63,672 bases of DNA, filler included, from Nemertoderma westbladi (GCA_032718475.1; 3 parts of 3 records of this genome joined end to end with filler, not necessarily neighbours in it), one strand, 5' to 3'; positions 27,066 to 40,488 are shown, counted from the first letter of the whole stretch. The notes: generated from the letters alone by a model not told the origin. A program made the numbers and translations.

Positions 27066-27684
27066 TTGCGTTTCAGCAACTGATAGTAGCGTTCGAGCCA
27101 CGTTTCGGCAACTCAATAGTCGCGTTTCGGCAACCGTTTCGGTAACATGGTTGCGTTTCGGCAACTGAGTGATGCATTTCGGCAACTCATTATTATTAAC
27201 TGATTATCACTATTATACCGTCACCTTCAAGGCAGAACCCCCTAAGTCGATTTTTTCGATTTTCATGTTTTTGACTTTTTGGGTAATTCGATATCGGCTT
27301 TTTCGTCTGGCAGAACCCCGAAGCTTTTCTACCAGCCATTTTTGAGTTATAAGCCAAAGACAGTTCCCCGTAACTTATGCCCACTTCGAGGCAGAACCCC
27401 ACAAGTCAATAATTGGCTTGCAAAACACCGTAAATTCAAGTATATAAAATTCAGTCCACCTGGCAAAACCACTTAAATCAGAAATAACAACCTGTAAAAC
27501 CCCTTAAATCAGAAACAAAGCCTGGCAAAACCCCGTAATTTATCATGTGTATACTGGTTTGTATTGCGGCCGGACACAAATATTAATGAGGGACGCAAAC
27601 ATTATTGAGGGACGCAAAACATTAATAGGGGTCCATGGTTGCCAATGGGTATTAATATGAGCGATGGTGACGCTTGCCCTCAGA

Positions 27685-27784
27685 NNNNNNNNNNNNNNNN
27701 NNNNNNNNNNNNNNNNNNNNNNNNNNNNTTAATTAATTAANNNNNNNNNNNNNNNNNNNNNNNNNNNNNNNNNNNNNNNNNNNN
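27685..27784. other. Assembly gap/contig linker
   Basis: N-run with a central TTAATTAATTAA. Confidence 0.98.
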
Positions 27785-30007
27785 TTTTTGAGTATTTACT
27801 AATTTATCGCGCTCTAGCGCGATACTTTGCTGCACTTCTTGCAACTCTAGTCTACTTTCCCTTACTGTGCCCTTGAATTGCTGGACAGTCTCCTGCAACT
27901 GTCCGAGCAGGATATCCATCCCCCGCCGTCTCTCGTCCACCCATTCGACCGCCGAAGCGGGAGTCGCCAACGTTGTAGCGGGCGGACGAGGGACAACGGG
28001 CGCCAAATTGTGAATATTTCGCTCGGGGTCCAGGACCTGAACTGTCTCTCGGGCAGTTCTACGGGGCACAGGTAGCTTAGTGCTATGTAGAGGGAATTTA
28101 TAGGTAGTCTCAGGGAGCACAGGTATGTCTATCACCGAAGGGGTGATTTCAAGAACAGGCCTAATTATTTCAGGCTCATCTACTATAGTAGGGAGTCTTT
28201 CTATTTTAATTATTTGGTCTGTGGGCTCTGTACTACCTAATTTGGTGTTATTTATTTGCCTTCTAACAGCTGGAGGCAAATCAGGCAATTTCTGCCGGTG
28301 GAATGTTCTTTTACGTCTGCTTAGGCGAGATCGATTTCCTCCGCCTTCGGTGTCGGTGGTATCGCCTTCCTCAGATGATGTATACCCCTGTCTCTTGGGA
28401 GTAGATCGACTCATCATCTGCATATTGCTCGCTGTTAACTGTTTATTGAAGTTGTCTTGCCTCTCTTGAAGATTTTCCAACTCTAGTTGGGTTGCCTCTT
28501 CAGATGCCCTCCGTTCTGCTTCTGCCACTGCCTCTACCGCCTTTCTTTCAGCTGCTGCTTCTGCCAAGGTCGCCTTTGCTTCTGCTGCTGCCTCTGCCGC
28601 CTTTGCCTCTGCCGCTGCCTCTGCCGCCTTTGCCTCTGCCGCTGCCGCTGCCGCTTTTGCTTCTGCTGCTGCCTCTGCCGCCTTTGCCTCTGCCGCTGCC
28701 GCTGCCGCTTTTGCCTCTGATGCTGCCTCTGCCGCCTTTGCCTCTGCCGCTGCCGCTGCCGCTTTTGCCTCTGCTGCTGCCTCTGCCGCTGCCAATTTTC
28801 TTTCTGCTTCTGCAGCTACCACTGCTGCTTTCTTTCTGTCTTCTATACGTTTTTTCTTTACTTGTTCTTCTTGGACTCGTGTCAGGCGGAGTTGTTCATC
28901 GAATTTAGCTTGGTTCGCCGCTAACCTATCCACATCAATTGCATCCAACACACGCTGGGCTCCTTCACTATTAGGGCTAAGTCCCTCTAGCCTTCTCCTC
29001 AACTCTTCATCTCCCACGAAACGCTGATAGTCTGACAGATAGATGTCAATGGCATCCCTCTTATGCGGTTTCTCTGCCGTCGCTTCACTTTCCACTTGGG
29101 AAAAAGTAGCGTCTGTTGATTCTCCATGGGTTGAGCGCTCCTCCAACTGAGCTTTCCACTGAGCTGCTCCTTGAACCTGGCGACTCACCCGTTGGAACCA
29201 AGTCTTTACGGCAACTTGCAACGACGTGTCTTGTTTTCTTTTAGAAGCCTCCTCAAAGGCGGATAAGATTAGCCTAATCCGCAGAACTCTTTCTCTAACT
29301 TGATAAAGCAGCGATCCCTGCTCTTGAGGTCCTTGAGGTTGTTTAAACAGTTGTCTTTCTACTCGCTCCATAGAGCTGAAGAATCCCTGGGCGTATCCGG
29401 CTGCGGACCTCTTCCATACAGCTGGATCGATGGTTTCCTTGGCTACTCCCATCCGGTGTATGTCTTCCCAGGCAGCTTCTGATAAATCAAACGGGAGTCC
29501 GGGTCCGGGGAAGTTCCATTGCGACTCGACAATAGACTTCAGTTCTTCACTAGTGTAGCCCGCGTAGCTATCTCTAGTTGACCGTTGACTTCTCGCCCAA
29601 TCGATCTGGTGTTCTTCCACCGCGATCAATAACCCAGCGAGCACGGCTGCAGGAAGGATGAGAAGGGGATCCGTATAAACCGCATCCGTCATCTCTGCTC
29701 CGCTCTCGGGTGTCAGCTCTACAGTATCCTCACTACTGGAGCTGCTGGGCCGCTGAGGAATAAGTTCTTGACTAGCGGGTTGTTGCTGTTCCGCTGCCTT
29801 TTGGTCCCGCTTGATCTGAGCTCGAGTGCCTATGATAGACCTACGATGTTGGACCAGCCTAGGTTCTGTTATTACTACTGGAGGGATGACCTTCCTCACA
29901 GTGGGAGGTGAACTGGATTTACGACCAGACGTTTGTACGTCTCTATCTGAGTCGCAGATAGTTACATCTAATAAACTGTCTGACAGGTTCTGCTTAGTAT
30001 CAGACAT
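27785..30007 (-). CDS. Long intronless ORF (>740 aa, runs into the gap) with an Ala/Glu/Lys coiled-coil repeat; probable retroelement gag/ORF1-like protein of unknown family
   Basis: Uninterrupted 2.2-kb ORF, GC-richer than the flanks, with AEAKAAEAAAEAKA repeats and predicted coiled coils. No recognisable catalytic motif in the visible part. Confidence 0.55.
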
Positions 30008-31378
30008 GACTATGTATACCGTTGAATGTCTACTGCTGTATTACAGTCTGAGTAAGTCTAGTAACTCAGTATTACCTGCTAGCCTAGTAATTAATTACCG
30101 TTACTGCTACTCAGTGTAGCGTGATATATATATAATATATTAGAATACCGGTATACTTATAGTATATATAACTATATAAGTATTATTACAGACTAGGTTT
30201 ATCACAGAATACCGGTATAATTTTAGCACAAATATATAAATATATAATAGGCCTATCGGAATACCGGTATACAGCTTACAGTTTGTAGGATATATAATTC
30301 TGAAATAGAATTAATTACAAGTACCGGTATAATTTCAGCCTAGATTTATAGAAATAAAGATAATAGGCCTATCGTAAATACCGGTATATCAATTATTTTA
30401 AATAATTGAATTTCTGAATTTTAGGGTTACTTGGTTACTTTACTTACTTTATTACCGTTATTTGAGCAGTAATCCAACTGATATTGAGACCTAATGGTTG
30501 TATGGTAGGCCTACGATTTATAAATCGTTAGATTTGATTTATAATATATATATACCCGTTTTAATGGGTTTTGTCAATGTTTGAAATAAATGTTATTATT
30601 TCTGGGGTAATCACTACACAAAGCGGTGCGCTTTCAATGAAGTGTTACGTATAGGACACTAAAACAAATAATTCTAATTTACCTAAGTTACTTAATACTA
30701 CAAATTACGTACAATTCGGGTGAGATTACAATCTCTAAATAAATGCAAAAATTTACAAAAACGCAAATACGAATTTTTAGGGTAATTTTACAAGAAGTCT
30801 ACAAACCAGCCTAACAAAGGGTTAGAAAACTGATTATTACAGGGGACAGGGTACTACGGTATTTGAAATAATAAGTAGTAGTAAATACACTGCGTTGTCT
30901 AGATAGGAAAATACCACCGCCTGACGACCTATAGCCGTATCGCTATAGGTTCTACGTTATGTATCACGGAGTGTTCCTACCTAGAAGTTAATAGAGCTAA
31001 TCGAATGTGCCTATCAACCACTTTACAACACAAATATAATGCCTACAATAATTACTTCGGAAAGTACCGTACACTAAACCCTAAATTAGGTACGAGTACT
31101 TGTACAACAGATAATCTGTAGTTAAATATACTTGAACAGCTAAAAGAACCACGGCATCTGCTGGAGTGACCGATGCACAAAATCACCAGTCTTTACCTAC
31201 GCCGAGCAGCCCGTGTAGTACCGGGGTTAATTTAACTATAGCGGTATGTATAACAAACACAATTACTGTAGGAACAAACTTAGGGACTTGAATGTTGCGA
31301 ATAATCGCATAAACTCTGAATAATAAATATTACGCTACGCGTACAAACTACTCAAACAAAATACAGACCGAACACTGA

Positions 31379-31888
31379 CAGACTACTATCAAGCCTAAAC
31401 AAACTACGGTATATGCAGACTCCGAAATGATTAGGGAGTATGCGCTCTAACCCAGTAGTGCGACTTATTCTTTAGTTGGGGGTTTACCTTACAGCGTTGC
31501 TGCCCCTACTGCCTAATCGTACTTAATCGGACAGATGATCTACACACGCGGCAATCCGTTCAGACTTAATAACAGCCAGACAACTATCCAGCCTACAAAT
31601 TATTTAAATAAAATTATACGCTACCCGTACAGACTTACACAAACAAAGTACAGACTAAACGATGGCAGACTACTCTCAAGCCTAAATAAACTACAGGACA
31701 TGCAGACTCCGAAATGATTAGGGAGTATGCGCTCTAACCCAGTAGTGCGACTTATTCTTTAGTTGGGGGTTTACCTTACAGCGTGGCTGCCCCTACTTCC
31801 TAACCGTACTTAATCGGACAAGTGCTCTACACACACTGCAATTCGTTCGGACTTAACAGCAATCAGACAACAGCTCAGCCTACAAATT
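31379..31888. repeat. ~220-bp direct repeat pair (period 287) upstream of the long ORF
   Basis: tgcagactccgaaatgattagggagtatgcgctctaacccagtagtgcgacttattctttagttgggggtttaccttacagcg occurs at ~31414 and ~31701. Confidence 0.9.
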
Positions 31889-32659
31889 GTCTGTACAATC
31901 TGATCAGGTTTACACGCCTTCTGTTCAATACTGGCCTACAAACAAATAAAACTTGACAGAAATAAGTAAAAATCTCAATAAAAACCAGGGCTGCAGTTCT
32001 CTCTTACCTTCGGTATATCAAGAACATTGGGTTTCGGGGTTGTTTATCGTTATTCCAAATATAATAATTCATCAACCATATTATGAAGAACTGATGGTAA
32101 ATAGCAGTATCAAACAACAACTGAACAGTTAGGTAGATCGGTACATCAGTACCGGTATGTCAGCAGTGAGATATTTACAGTTAAAGGATATATGCCCTTT
32201 ATAATTAAACCTACTAGTGTACGACTAAAAAGCAGTACAGCACAAAAAACTTCCAAGCCGTTCTTTCTTTGGCTCAAGACTGAATGTAAACACTGCACAT
32301 AGGCATTGCGTCATTTCTCGGAAATTTTCTGTACAAGGAGCCACAAAAACGCTCTCATTGGCTGACTGAACTGAGAGACGCCGTAGAACAAAGGAAATCA
32401 ACACGTATGAATGTCAGCTGTTAACCGTAGTCATAGTAACTACTGTTCAAGAGTAGCTATCACCCCTTTGCGTCACGAATTGCCATAGAATCATAAAATA
32501 TGCCTTTCACAGTACACATACGGAGGAAATAGGTCTTAGATCCTCTAAAAACACCGATACAGCAATAATACGGTCTCTTACACTTATTAAATCAACTACA
32601 GAGTATTTTAATGTAAAAGATAATAAAAATAACGGGGCAATTCAGCAAAGGCTTTTACA

Positions 32660-34476
32660 GGATCATTATACCAAGACTTGGTGGTTGAGAATCATGGGAT
32701 CATTATACCAATACTTGGTGGTTGAGAATCATGGGATCATTATACCAAGACTTGGGGGCTGAGAATCATGGGATCATTATACCAAGACTTGGGGGCTGAG
32801 AATCATGGGATCATTACCTAGACTTGGTGGAAGAGAATCATGGGATCATTATACCTAGACTTGGGGGCTGAGAATCATGGGATCATTATACCAAGACTTG
32901 GGGGCTGAGAATCATGGGATCATTATACCTAGACTTGGGGGCTAAGAATCATGGGATCATTATACCAAGACTTGGTGGCTGAGAATCATGGGATCATTAC
33001 CTAGACTTGGTGGCTGAGAATTATGGGATCATTATACCAAGACTTGGGGGCTGAGAATCATGGGATCATTATACCTAGACTTGGGGGCTAAGAATCATGG
33101 GATCATTATACCAAGACTTGGTGGCTGAGAATCATGGGATCATTATACCAAGACTTGGGGGCTGAGAATCATGGGATCATTATACCAAGACTTGGGGGCT
33201 GAGAATCATGGGATCATTATACCTAGACTTGGGGGCTAAGAATCATGGGATCATTATACCAAGACTTGGTGGCTGAGAATCATGGGATCATTACCTAGAC
33301 TTGGTGGCTGAGAATTATGGGATCATTATACCAAGACTTGCGGGCTGAGAATCATGGGATCATTATACCAAGACTTGGTGGTTGAGAATCATGGGATCAT
33401 TATACCAATACTTGGTGGTTGAGAATCATGGGATCATTATACCAAGACTTGGGGGCTGAGAATCATGGGATCATTATACCAAGACTTGGGGGCTGAGAAT
33501 CATGGGATCATTACCTAGACTTGGTGGCTGAGAATCATGGGATCATTATACCAAGACTTGGGGGCTGAGAATCATGGGATCATTATACCAAGACTTGGTG
33601 GCTGAGAATCATGGAATCATTATACCAAGACTTGGTGGCTGAGAATCATGGGATCATTATACCAAGACTTGGGGGCTGAGAATCATGGGATCATTACCTA
33701 GACTTGGGGGCTGAGAATCATGGGATCATTACCAAGACTTGGTGGCTGAGAATCATGGGATCATTATACCAAGACTTGGCGGCTGAGAATCATGGGATCA
33801 TTATACCAAGACTTGGGGGCTGAGACTCATGGGATCATTATACCTAGACTTGGGGGCTAAGAATCATGGGATCATTATACCAAGACTTGGTGGCTGAGAA
33901 TCATGGGATCATTACCTAGACTTGGTGGCTGAGAATCATGGGATCATTATACCAAGACTTGGGGGCTGAGAATCATGGGATCATTATACCAAGACTTGGT
34001 GGCTGAGAATCATGGGATCATTATACCAAGACTTGCGGGCTGAGAATCATGGGATCATTACCTAGACTTGGTGGCTGAGAATCATGGGATCATTATACCA
34101 AGACTTGGTGGCTGAGAATCATGGGATCATTATACCAAGACTTGGGGGCTAAGAATCATGGGATCATTACCAAGACTTGGTGGCTGAGAATCATGGGATC
34201 ATTATACCAAGACTTGGTGGCTGAGAATCATGGGATCATTATACCAAGACTTGGGGGCTGAGAATCATGGGATCATTATACCAAGACTTGGGGGCTGAGA
34301 ATCATGGGATCATTATACCTAGACTTGGTGGCTGAGAATCATGGGATCATTACCAAGACTTGCGGGCTGAGAATCATGGGATCATTATACCAAGACTTGG
34401 GGGCTGAGAATCATGGGATCATTACCTAGACTTGGGGGCTGAGAATCATGGGATCATTACCAAGACTTGATGGCTG
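32660..34476. repeat. 37-bp minisatellite (ggatcattataccaagacttgggggctgagaatcatg; 35-bp variants), ~50 units
   Basis: Direct reading; period 37 (32661 to 32698). Confidence 0.97.
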
Positions 34477-35094
34477 TTACTTTCAATTTACATGAAAGTC
34501 AAGCGTCCAAAGACGCTTGATAATAGTTATTTGACTAAGTCTTGGTAAGTAACTTGCGAATTCTATGAAAACTTATAAGTAAATCAGTACTTGACAATAT
34601 TATAACTAATTGTTTGAAAGTAATTAGCAAGCTCTTTCTAAGTTTTAAAAGAATGATTAACCCTTTGCTGCTCAGTGTTGTTCCGGAACAACATTCCTAT
34701 TATTGGCTCTCCTAATCTCAGAATGGTAATATGTGAAATCCGATTGGTTGATATGGGTTGTCAACATGTTTCTTGTAACCAAGGATCAGTTTCCTTTGCT
34801 TTCCAGAGGGAAGTTTGAACATTAGCTTACATATTGTGAGCCTATGCTTTAATAAGCGGTAATTGAAAAACATGTGCATTCATATTGTTAAAAAATGCAA
34901 TTCCTTTTAATTTTTCCGTTCCAAAAAAATTGAGTAGATAGGAAAATATGTCTAAGATGATTTTCGAATGCTCCAATAGATTGTTAATAGATTTTAACCA
35001 AGTGAGTAGTGTTTTAAAAATTGTTGTCCCCCAACAACATTGCCCATTTAATCTATAATTACACTGTTATTAGTTTTAATTTCACACTTTCACA

Positions 35095-35875
35095 GGCACT
35101 TTCACAAGAATGCTGCGCAGAGTTCACTCTGTCAAGTACAATGAACACATCTCCAACCAAACTCTATACAGTATTGGAGGTGTTCCATTAATCTTCACTA
35201 ACTTGACACTTGAACGGAACCGCCTCCGCTTTGCAGAACATTGCTTTCGCAGTAATGACCAGCCAGTGCATAACCTTGTGCTTTGGCGCTCCCATGAAGC
35301 GAATAAGCAGGGTGGACAGCCCATGACTTTCTTGAGACTCATCCTTAAGGACGCTGGCCTGGAAGATGCAGATTATCTAGCAAATGTCATGGGTGACAGG
35401 GTGTTGTGGCGGCGCAATTTTATCGACAAGCCGGCCCAGCATTCTTAATATATATTATGTAATATATATATAATGCAGCTGCAATGCAGCATGCCGATCG
35501 TAGTAGTAGTAGTTCACTGTGTGAAGTACAATGCACACATCTCCAACCAGACACTATAAAACATTGGAGCTGTCTCTCATTGGTTCCCCAAGCTTGACAC
35601 TGGAACAAAGCCGCCTCCGCTTTGCAGGACATTGCTTTCGCCGTGAGGACCAGCCATTGCATAATCTTGTGTTTTGAAGACCTCATTGGGTAAATAAGCA
35701 TGGTGGACAGCCCATGACTTTCTTGAGACGCATCTTAAAGGACACTGGCCTTGAAGATGCGGATGATCTAGCAAATGTCATGGGTGATAGGGAGTTGTGG
35801 CGGCGCAATTTTGTCGACAAGTCGGCACTGCATTCTTAAAAATGCAGCTGCAATGCAGCATGTCGAACCTAGTAG
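35095..35875 (+). mobile_element. Two head-to-tail 3' fragments of the RTE family
   Basis: 35095-35511 (GTFTRMLRRVHSVKYNEHISNQTLY...RLRFAEHCFR, tail gtagtagtagtag) and 35512-35875 repeat the same 3' end seen at 3850-4195 and 8640-9040. Confidence 0.88.
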
Positions 35876-35881
35876 TCGAGC

Positions 35882-37531
35882 GTAGGGGTGGGTGCTACTC
35901 CTATTACCCGAAGATAGGGGTGGGCGCTACTCCTATCTGATACCCGAAGGTAGGGATGGGCGCTACTTCTATCTGATACGCGAAGGTAGGGGTGGGCGCT
36001 ACTCCTACCTGCTACCCGAGGGTAGGGGTGGGCGCTACTCCTATCTGCTACCCGAGGGTATAGGGGTGGGCGCTACTCGTATCTGCTACCCGAAGGTAGG
36101 GGTGGGCGCTACTCGTATCTGCTACCCGAGGGTATAGGGGTGGGCGCTACTCGTATCTGCTACCCGAAGGTAGGGGTGGGCGCTACTCGTATCTGCTACC
36201 CGAGGGTATAGGGGTGGGCGCTACTCGTATCTGCTACCCGAGGGTATAGGGGTGGGCGCTACTCGTATCTGCTACCCGAGGGTATAGGGGTGGGCGCTAC
36301 TCGTATCTGCTACCCGAGGGTATAGGGGTGGGCGCTACTCGTATCTGCTACCCGAGGGTAGGGAGGGGTGGGCGCTACTCGTATCTGCTACCCGAGGGTA
36401 TAGGGGTGGGCGCTACTCGTATCTGCTACCCGAGGGTATAGGGGTGGGCGCTACTCCTACCTGCTACCCGAGGGTAGGGGTGGGCGCTACTCCTACCTGC
36501 TACCCGAGGGTAGGGGTGGGCGCTACTCCTACCTGCTACCCGAGGGTATAGGGGTGGGCGCTACTCGTATCTGCTACCCGAGGGTAGGGAGGGGTGGGCG
36601 CTACTCGTATCTGCTACCCGAGGGTATAGGGGTGGGCGCTACTCGTATCTGCTACCCGAGGGTATAGGGGTGGGCGCTACTCTTACCTGCTACCCGAGGG
36701 TAGGGGTGGGCGCTACTCCTACCTGCTACCCGAGGGTAGGGGTGGGCGCTACTCCTACCTGCTACCCGAGGGTAGGGGTGGGCGCTACTCCTACTACCCG
36801 AAGGTAGGGGTGGGCGCTACACCTATCTGCTACCCGAGGGTAGGGGTGGGCGCTACTCCTACCTGCTACCCGAGGGTAGGGGTGGGCGCTACTCCTACTA
36901 CCCGAAGGTAGGGGTGGGCGCTACACCTATCTGCTACCCGAGGGTAGGGGTGGGCGCTACTCCTACCTGCTACCCGAGGGTAGGGGTGGGCGCTACTCCT
37001 ACTACCCGAAGGTAGGGGTGGGCGCTACACCTATCTGCTACCCGAGAGGAGGGGTGGGCGCTACTCCTACCTGCTACCCGAGGGTAGGGGTGGGCGCTAC
37101 TCCTACTACCCGAAGGTAGGGGTGGGCGCTACACCTATCTGCTACCCGAGGGTAGGGGTGGGCGCTACTCCTATCTGCTACCCGAGGGTAGGGGTGGGCT
37201 CTACTCCTATCTGCTACCCGAGGGTAGGGGTGGGCGCTACTCCTATCTGCTACCCGTAGGTAGGGGTGGGCGCTACTCCTACCTGCTACCCGAGGGTAGG
37301 GGTGGGCGCTACTCCTACCTGCTACCCGAGGGTAGGGGTGGGCGCTACTCCTACCTGCTACCCGAGGGTAGGGGTGGGCGCTACTCCTACTACCCGAAGG
37401 TAGGGGTGGGCGCTACACCTATCTGCTACCCGAGAGGAGGGGTGGGCGCTACTCCTATCTGCTACCCGAGGGTAGGGGTGGGCTCTACTCCTATCTGCTA
37501 CCCGAGGGTAGGGGTGGGCTCTACTCCTATC
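35882..37531. repeat. GC-rich 36-bp minisatellite (gtaggggtgggcgctactcctatctgctacccgagg; 32- and 38-bp variants), ~45 units
   Basis: Direct reading; period 36 (36721 to 36757). Confidence 0.97.
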
Positions 37532-37670
37532 CCAAGATTTGCTCCCAGTTATATATAACCTGTACCCATTTTATCGACTCCAGTGGATGAAAGGCTGAGT
37601 GGACCCTGGCGGGGCTGAACCTACAACCACTTTATTGCAGGCCGTCGCTCAACCAACTGAGCTACCTCTC
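37532..37670 (-). mobile_element. tRNA-derived SINE with Nin/Deu-type conserved core
   Basis: Minus strand: A box ggtagctcagttgg, B-box-like ggttcagcccc, then ccactcagcctttcatcc...gtcgataaaatgggtac, resembling the recalled Nin-SINE core (ACTCAGCCTTCCATCC...GTCGGTAAAATGAGTAC). Confidence 0.75.
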
Positions 37671-37674
37671 CGAA

Positions 37675-38197
37675 ACTATTCTAGAACATAAATAAAATAA
37701 AAATATAATGTTATAGAACATATAGCCAGTTTTTTTATAAATTTTAAATTGTTAGTAAATTTAAAATAAAATTATTTTTAAATAAATTTCTGAATACATT
37801 TAAATTAATATTGATTATAGAGTTTTTGTATACCGATGTAACTAATTAGTTTATTTATCCATTAGGTAGTGGCTCTTGTTGGCTTTTAATATCTCATGGA
37901 ATCCGTTAAATTGTCCTTTTCTTATCTGTCGCCTCCACTGTATGCTGTCAGTTTTTCGGAGAATTTATCTTCATAGTTAATGCACTCCTCGCACGGAGCT
38001 CTGGCGTCGTATATTTTTATTATTTTTCTCCGTACCTGACTTTTGATTGATAATTGACTTAATTTGACTTTTGTGCATTTCGTATCCCAAACATTTTTTT
38101 ATATTTTTTTTAATTTCTAGCAATTTTAAATTTGAAAAATAATTAGCTATATGTTCTAGAACAATCTATTTTTATTTTATTTATATTTTAGAATAGT
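37675..38197. mobile_element. AT-rich MITE/foldback with ~100-bp imperfect TIRs
   Basis: actattctagaacataaataaaataaaaat...tagaacatatagc pairs with gctatatgttctag...atttttattttatttatattttagaatagt. Confidence 0.65.
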
Positions 38198-38579
38198 GTA
38201 TAATATTTCTATTTTGTTCGAGAACTCTACAATATTGCCATGATAACAATGATTTTATATTACAAAAATGTAGTGAAACTATAGGGAACTGTTTGTCATA
38301 TTTGAGATCGCTCGTTCTATTTTTCATATTAAAATTGTAGTAAGATTGAGTAAAGTTGAGGTTAACTGGGGTTACCGGCTTTAGGTACCCACGATCATTT
38401 TATTTATGTGAAAAGTATAAAGTACCGGTATCCTACAATTCCTATACAAAGTTTACCTAACCCGAAACATTAGTCAAACATATTGGAAAGTATAAGAAAG
38501 TAATATTGAGAAGCACCTACCACTAAAAATCTTAAAAAGTTATTGCTTGGCGATATAAGTTAAATTATAAGTCCTACAG

Positions 38580-39727
38580 TAATAATAGGCCCTATCATCT
38601 ATTAAACATACTAAACAAATTTGTATCTGTTTATAAATCACATCGCATTAGCTGGGGATTTCAACTGCCGTTTAGACTCCGGAAATCGTGGATCAGAACT
38701 TATAGAAAGTTTAAACAGCCTTGGTTTCAACCTCATTGAATTTGAGTCACCTGGAATCCCTACGTATATATCACCCTAGGGCAAAAGCGTCATTGACTTG
38801 ATTTTCGCGAAATACTATGGTATAATAACAAGAGCTCTGCCAAGAGTTACGATAACGCCCACGCCGCAACGCAAACACCAACGTTTGTCTACCATTCTCA
38901 AGATAAACAGTGTGACACCAGAATATATGACAAGATAATATATGACATATATTATCTCGCAAAATAAACATTGACACATTACAATCGCATCCACAACTTC
39001 CTGATCTATTAAACGTATTTCAGAACAAGACTGATATTAACGTTGCGGAGACCTTGCTGACAACAATTATAAAGGAATCTACAATTCCTAAACCAATCAA
39101 ACGGTTTCGGGGAAAACCATGGTTCGACGACGAGTGTAGATCCGCGAAGTCGCAGGTTATGGACGCTCTGAGATTGAGAACGACCGATACAACAAACCGC
39201 CTTCATTACTGGGCTATTAGGAAAGAGTATAAGAAGTTACTGAAAGCGAAGAAGGAATCGTATGAGGAGGAGATCGTACTGAAACGGGTAGCTGATGCTG
39301 AGATCGACCCTTGGTCTCTTTTTAAGGACCGGAAGCCGCCGACCGTGGCACTGATTGGAGTCGACCGTCTAGGCGAACATTTCCAGGCTCTATTGGGAAC
39401 TGAAAACAATCCACACGAAAGCCCAGTCGTACCGAGCACATCTCCGGAGGAGCGCGAAGCGCCTGAGTGGTATAATGAACCAGTCACTGAGGAGGAGATC
39501 TATCTAGCAGCTCGAAATGCATCCAACAAGAAGGCCAGTGGCCCCGACGGTTTATTTTATGAACACATTAAGCAATCACTTCCTTTTCTCGCGGTTTTTA
39601 TTATGATGTTATTTAACTTTTGTTTAAACGTGGGATCTATACCAGTATCGTGGTCTCACAGTTTTATCAAAATCTTATATAAAGGAATGGGTGCGTTAAA
39701 TAACCCAGATAATTATCGTGGGATAGC
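38580..39727 (+). mobile_element. Non-LTR retrotransposon, 5' half (APE endonuclease remnant and start of RT)
   Basis: IALAGDFNCR and PTYISP*GKSVIDLIF (38640-38810). ORF 39054 has KPWFDDEC, KKASGPDG and NPDNYRGIA, cut at the transposon insertion. Confidence 0.88.
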
Positions 39728-39804
39728 TACGGTGGCTGAAAGCGGCCAAAATAATTCACTACTTTTTTAATTTTTAATTTGATCAACATTTTTTTCTTGA
39801 ATTT

Positions 39805-40260
39805 CAACCCGGGTTGAAATTAATATCAACCCGGGTTGAAATTAATATCAACCCGGGTTGAAATTAATATCAACCCGGGTTGAAATTAATATCAACCCGG
39901 GTTGAAATTAATATCAACCCGGGTTGAAATTAATATCAACCCGGGTTGAAATTAATATCAACCCGGGTTGAAATTAATATCAACCCGGGTTGAAATTAAT
40001 ATCAACCCGGGTTGAAATTAATATCAACCCGGGTTGAAATTAATATCAACCCGGGTTGAAATTAATATCAACCCGGGTTGAAATTAATATCAACCCGGGT
40101 TGAAATTAATATCAACCCGGGTTGAAATTAATATCAACCCGGGTTGAAATTAATATCAACCCGGGTTGAAATTAATATCAACCCGGGTTGAAATTAATAT
40201 CAACCCGGGTTGAAATTAATATCAACCCGGGTTGAAATTAATATCAACCCAGGTTGAAAT
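39805..40260 (+). repeat. Left subterminal array: 21 x 22-bp caacccgggttgaaattaatat
   Basis: First unit at 39805, last (variant cccagg) at 40245; period 22. Confidence 0.97.
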
Positions 40261-40488
40261 TGAATTATTCGTACCGGTACTGTAGAATGTAATACTGTAA
40301 TATGAGGTAATGTCATGTTGTAGGAGTAGGAGTAGAGCTGTAGTCTGCAGTCTGTAGAGGCAGAGACTGAGAGAGGCTGAGAGGTTGGCTTATCACAGTA
40401 TCAGTGCAGTACTGCAGTACCAGTGACGGTGCTACGGTGCTTGGTCAGTTCCAGTTGGTAACCTAATTCTGTAATTCACGATCTAAAA

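Noticed and set aside
27729-27740. TTAATTAATTAA motif within N-runs (also 51643-51654)
   Set aside because: Artificial contig linker with stops in all frames, not biological.
28492-28908. Pro/Leu-rich and Cys-rich plus-strand ORFs
   Set aside because: Antisense shadows of the AEAKA repeat in the long minus-strand ORF.
39805-40260. Palindromic 22-bp array as a CRISPR array
   Set aside because: Units are contiguous with no unique spacers, there are no cas genes, the context is eukaryotic, and the array is mirrored at the other transposon end as part of the TIR.
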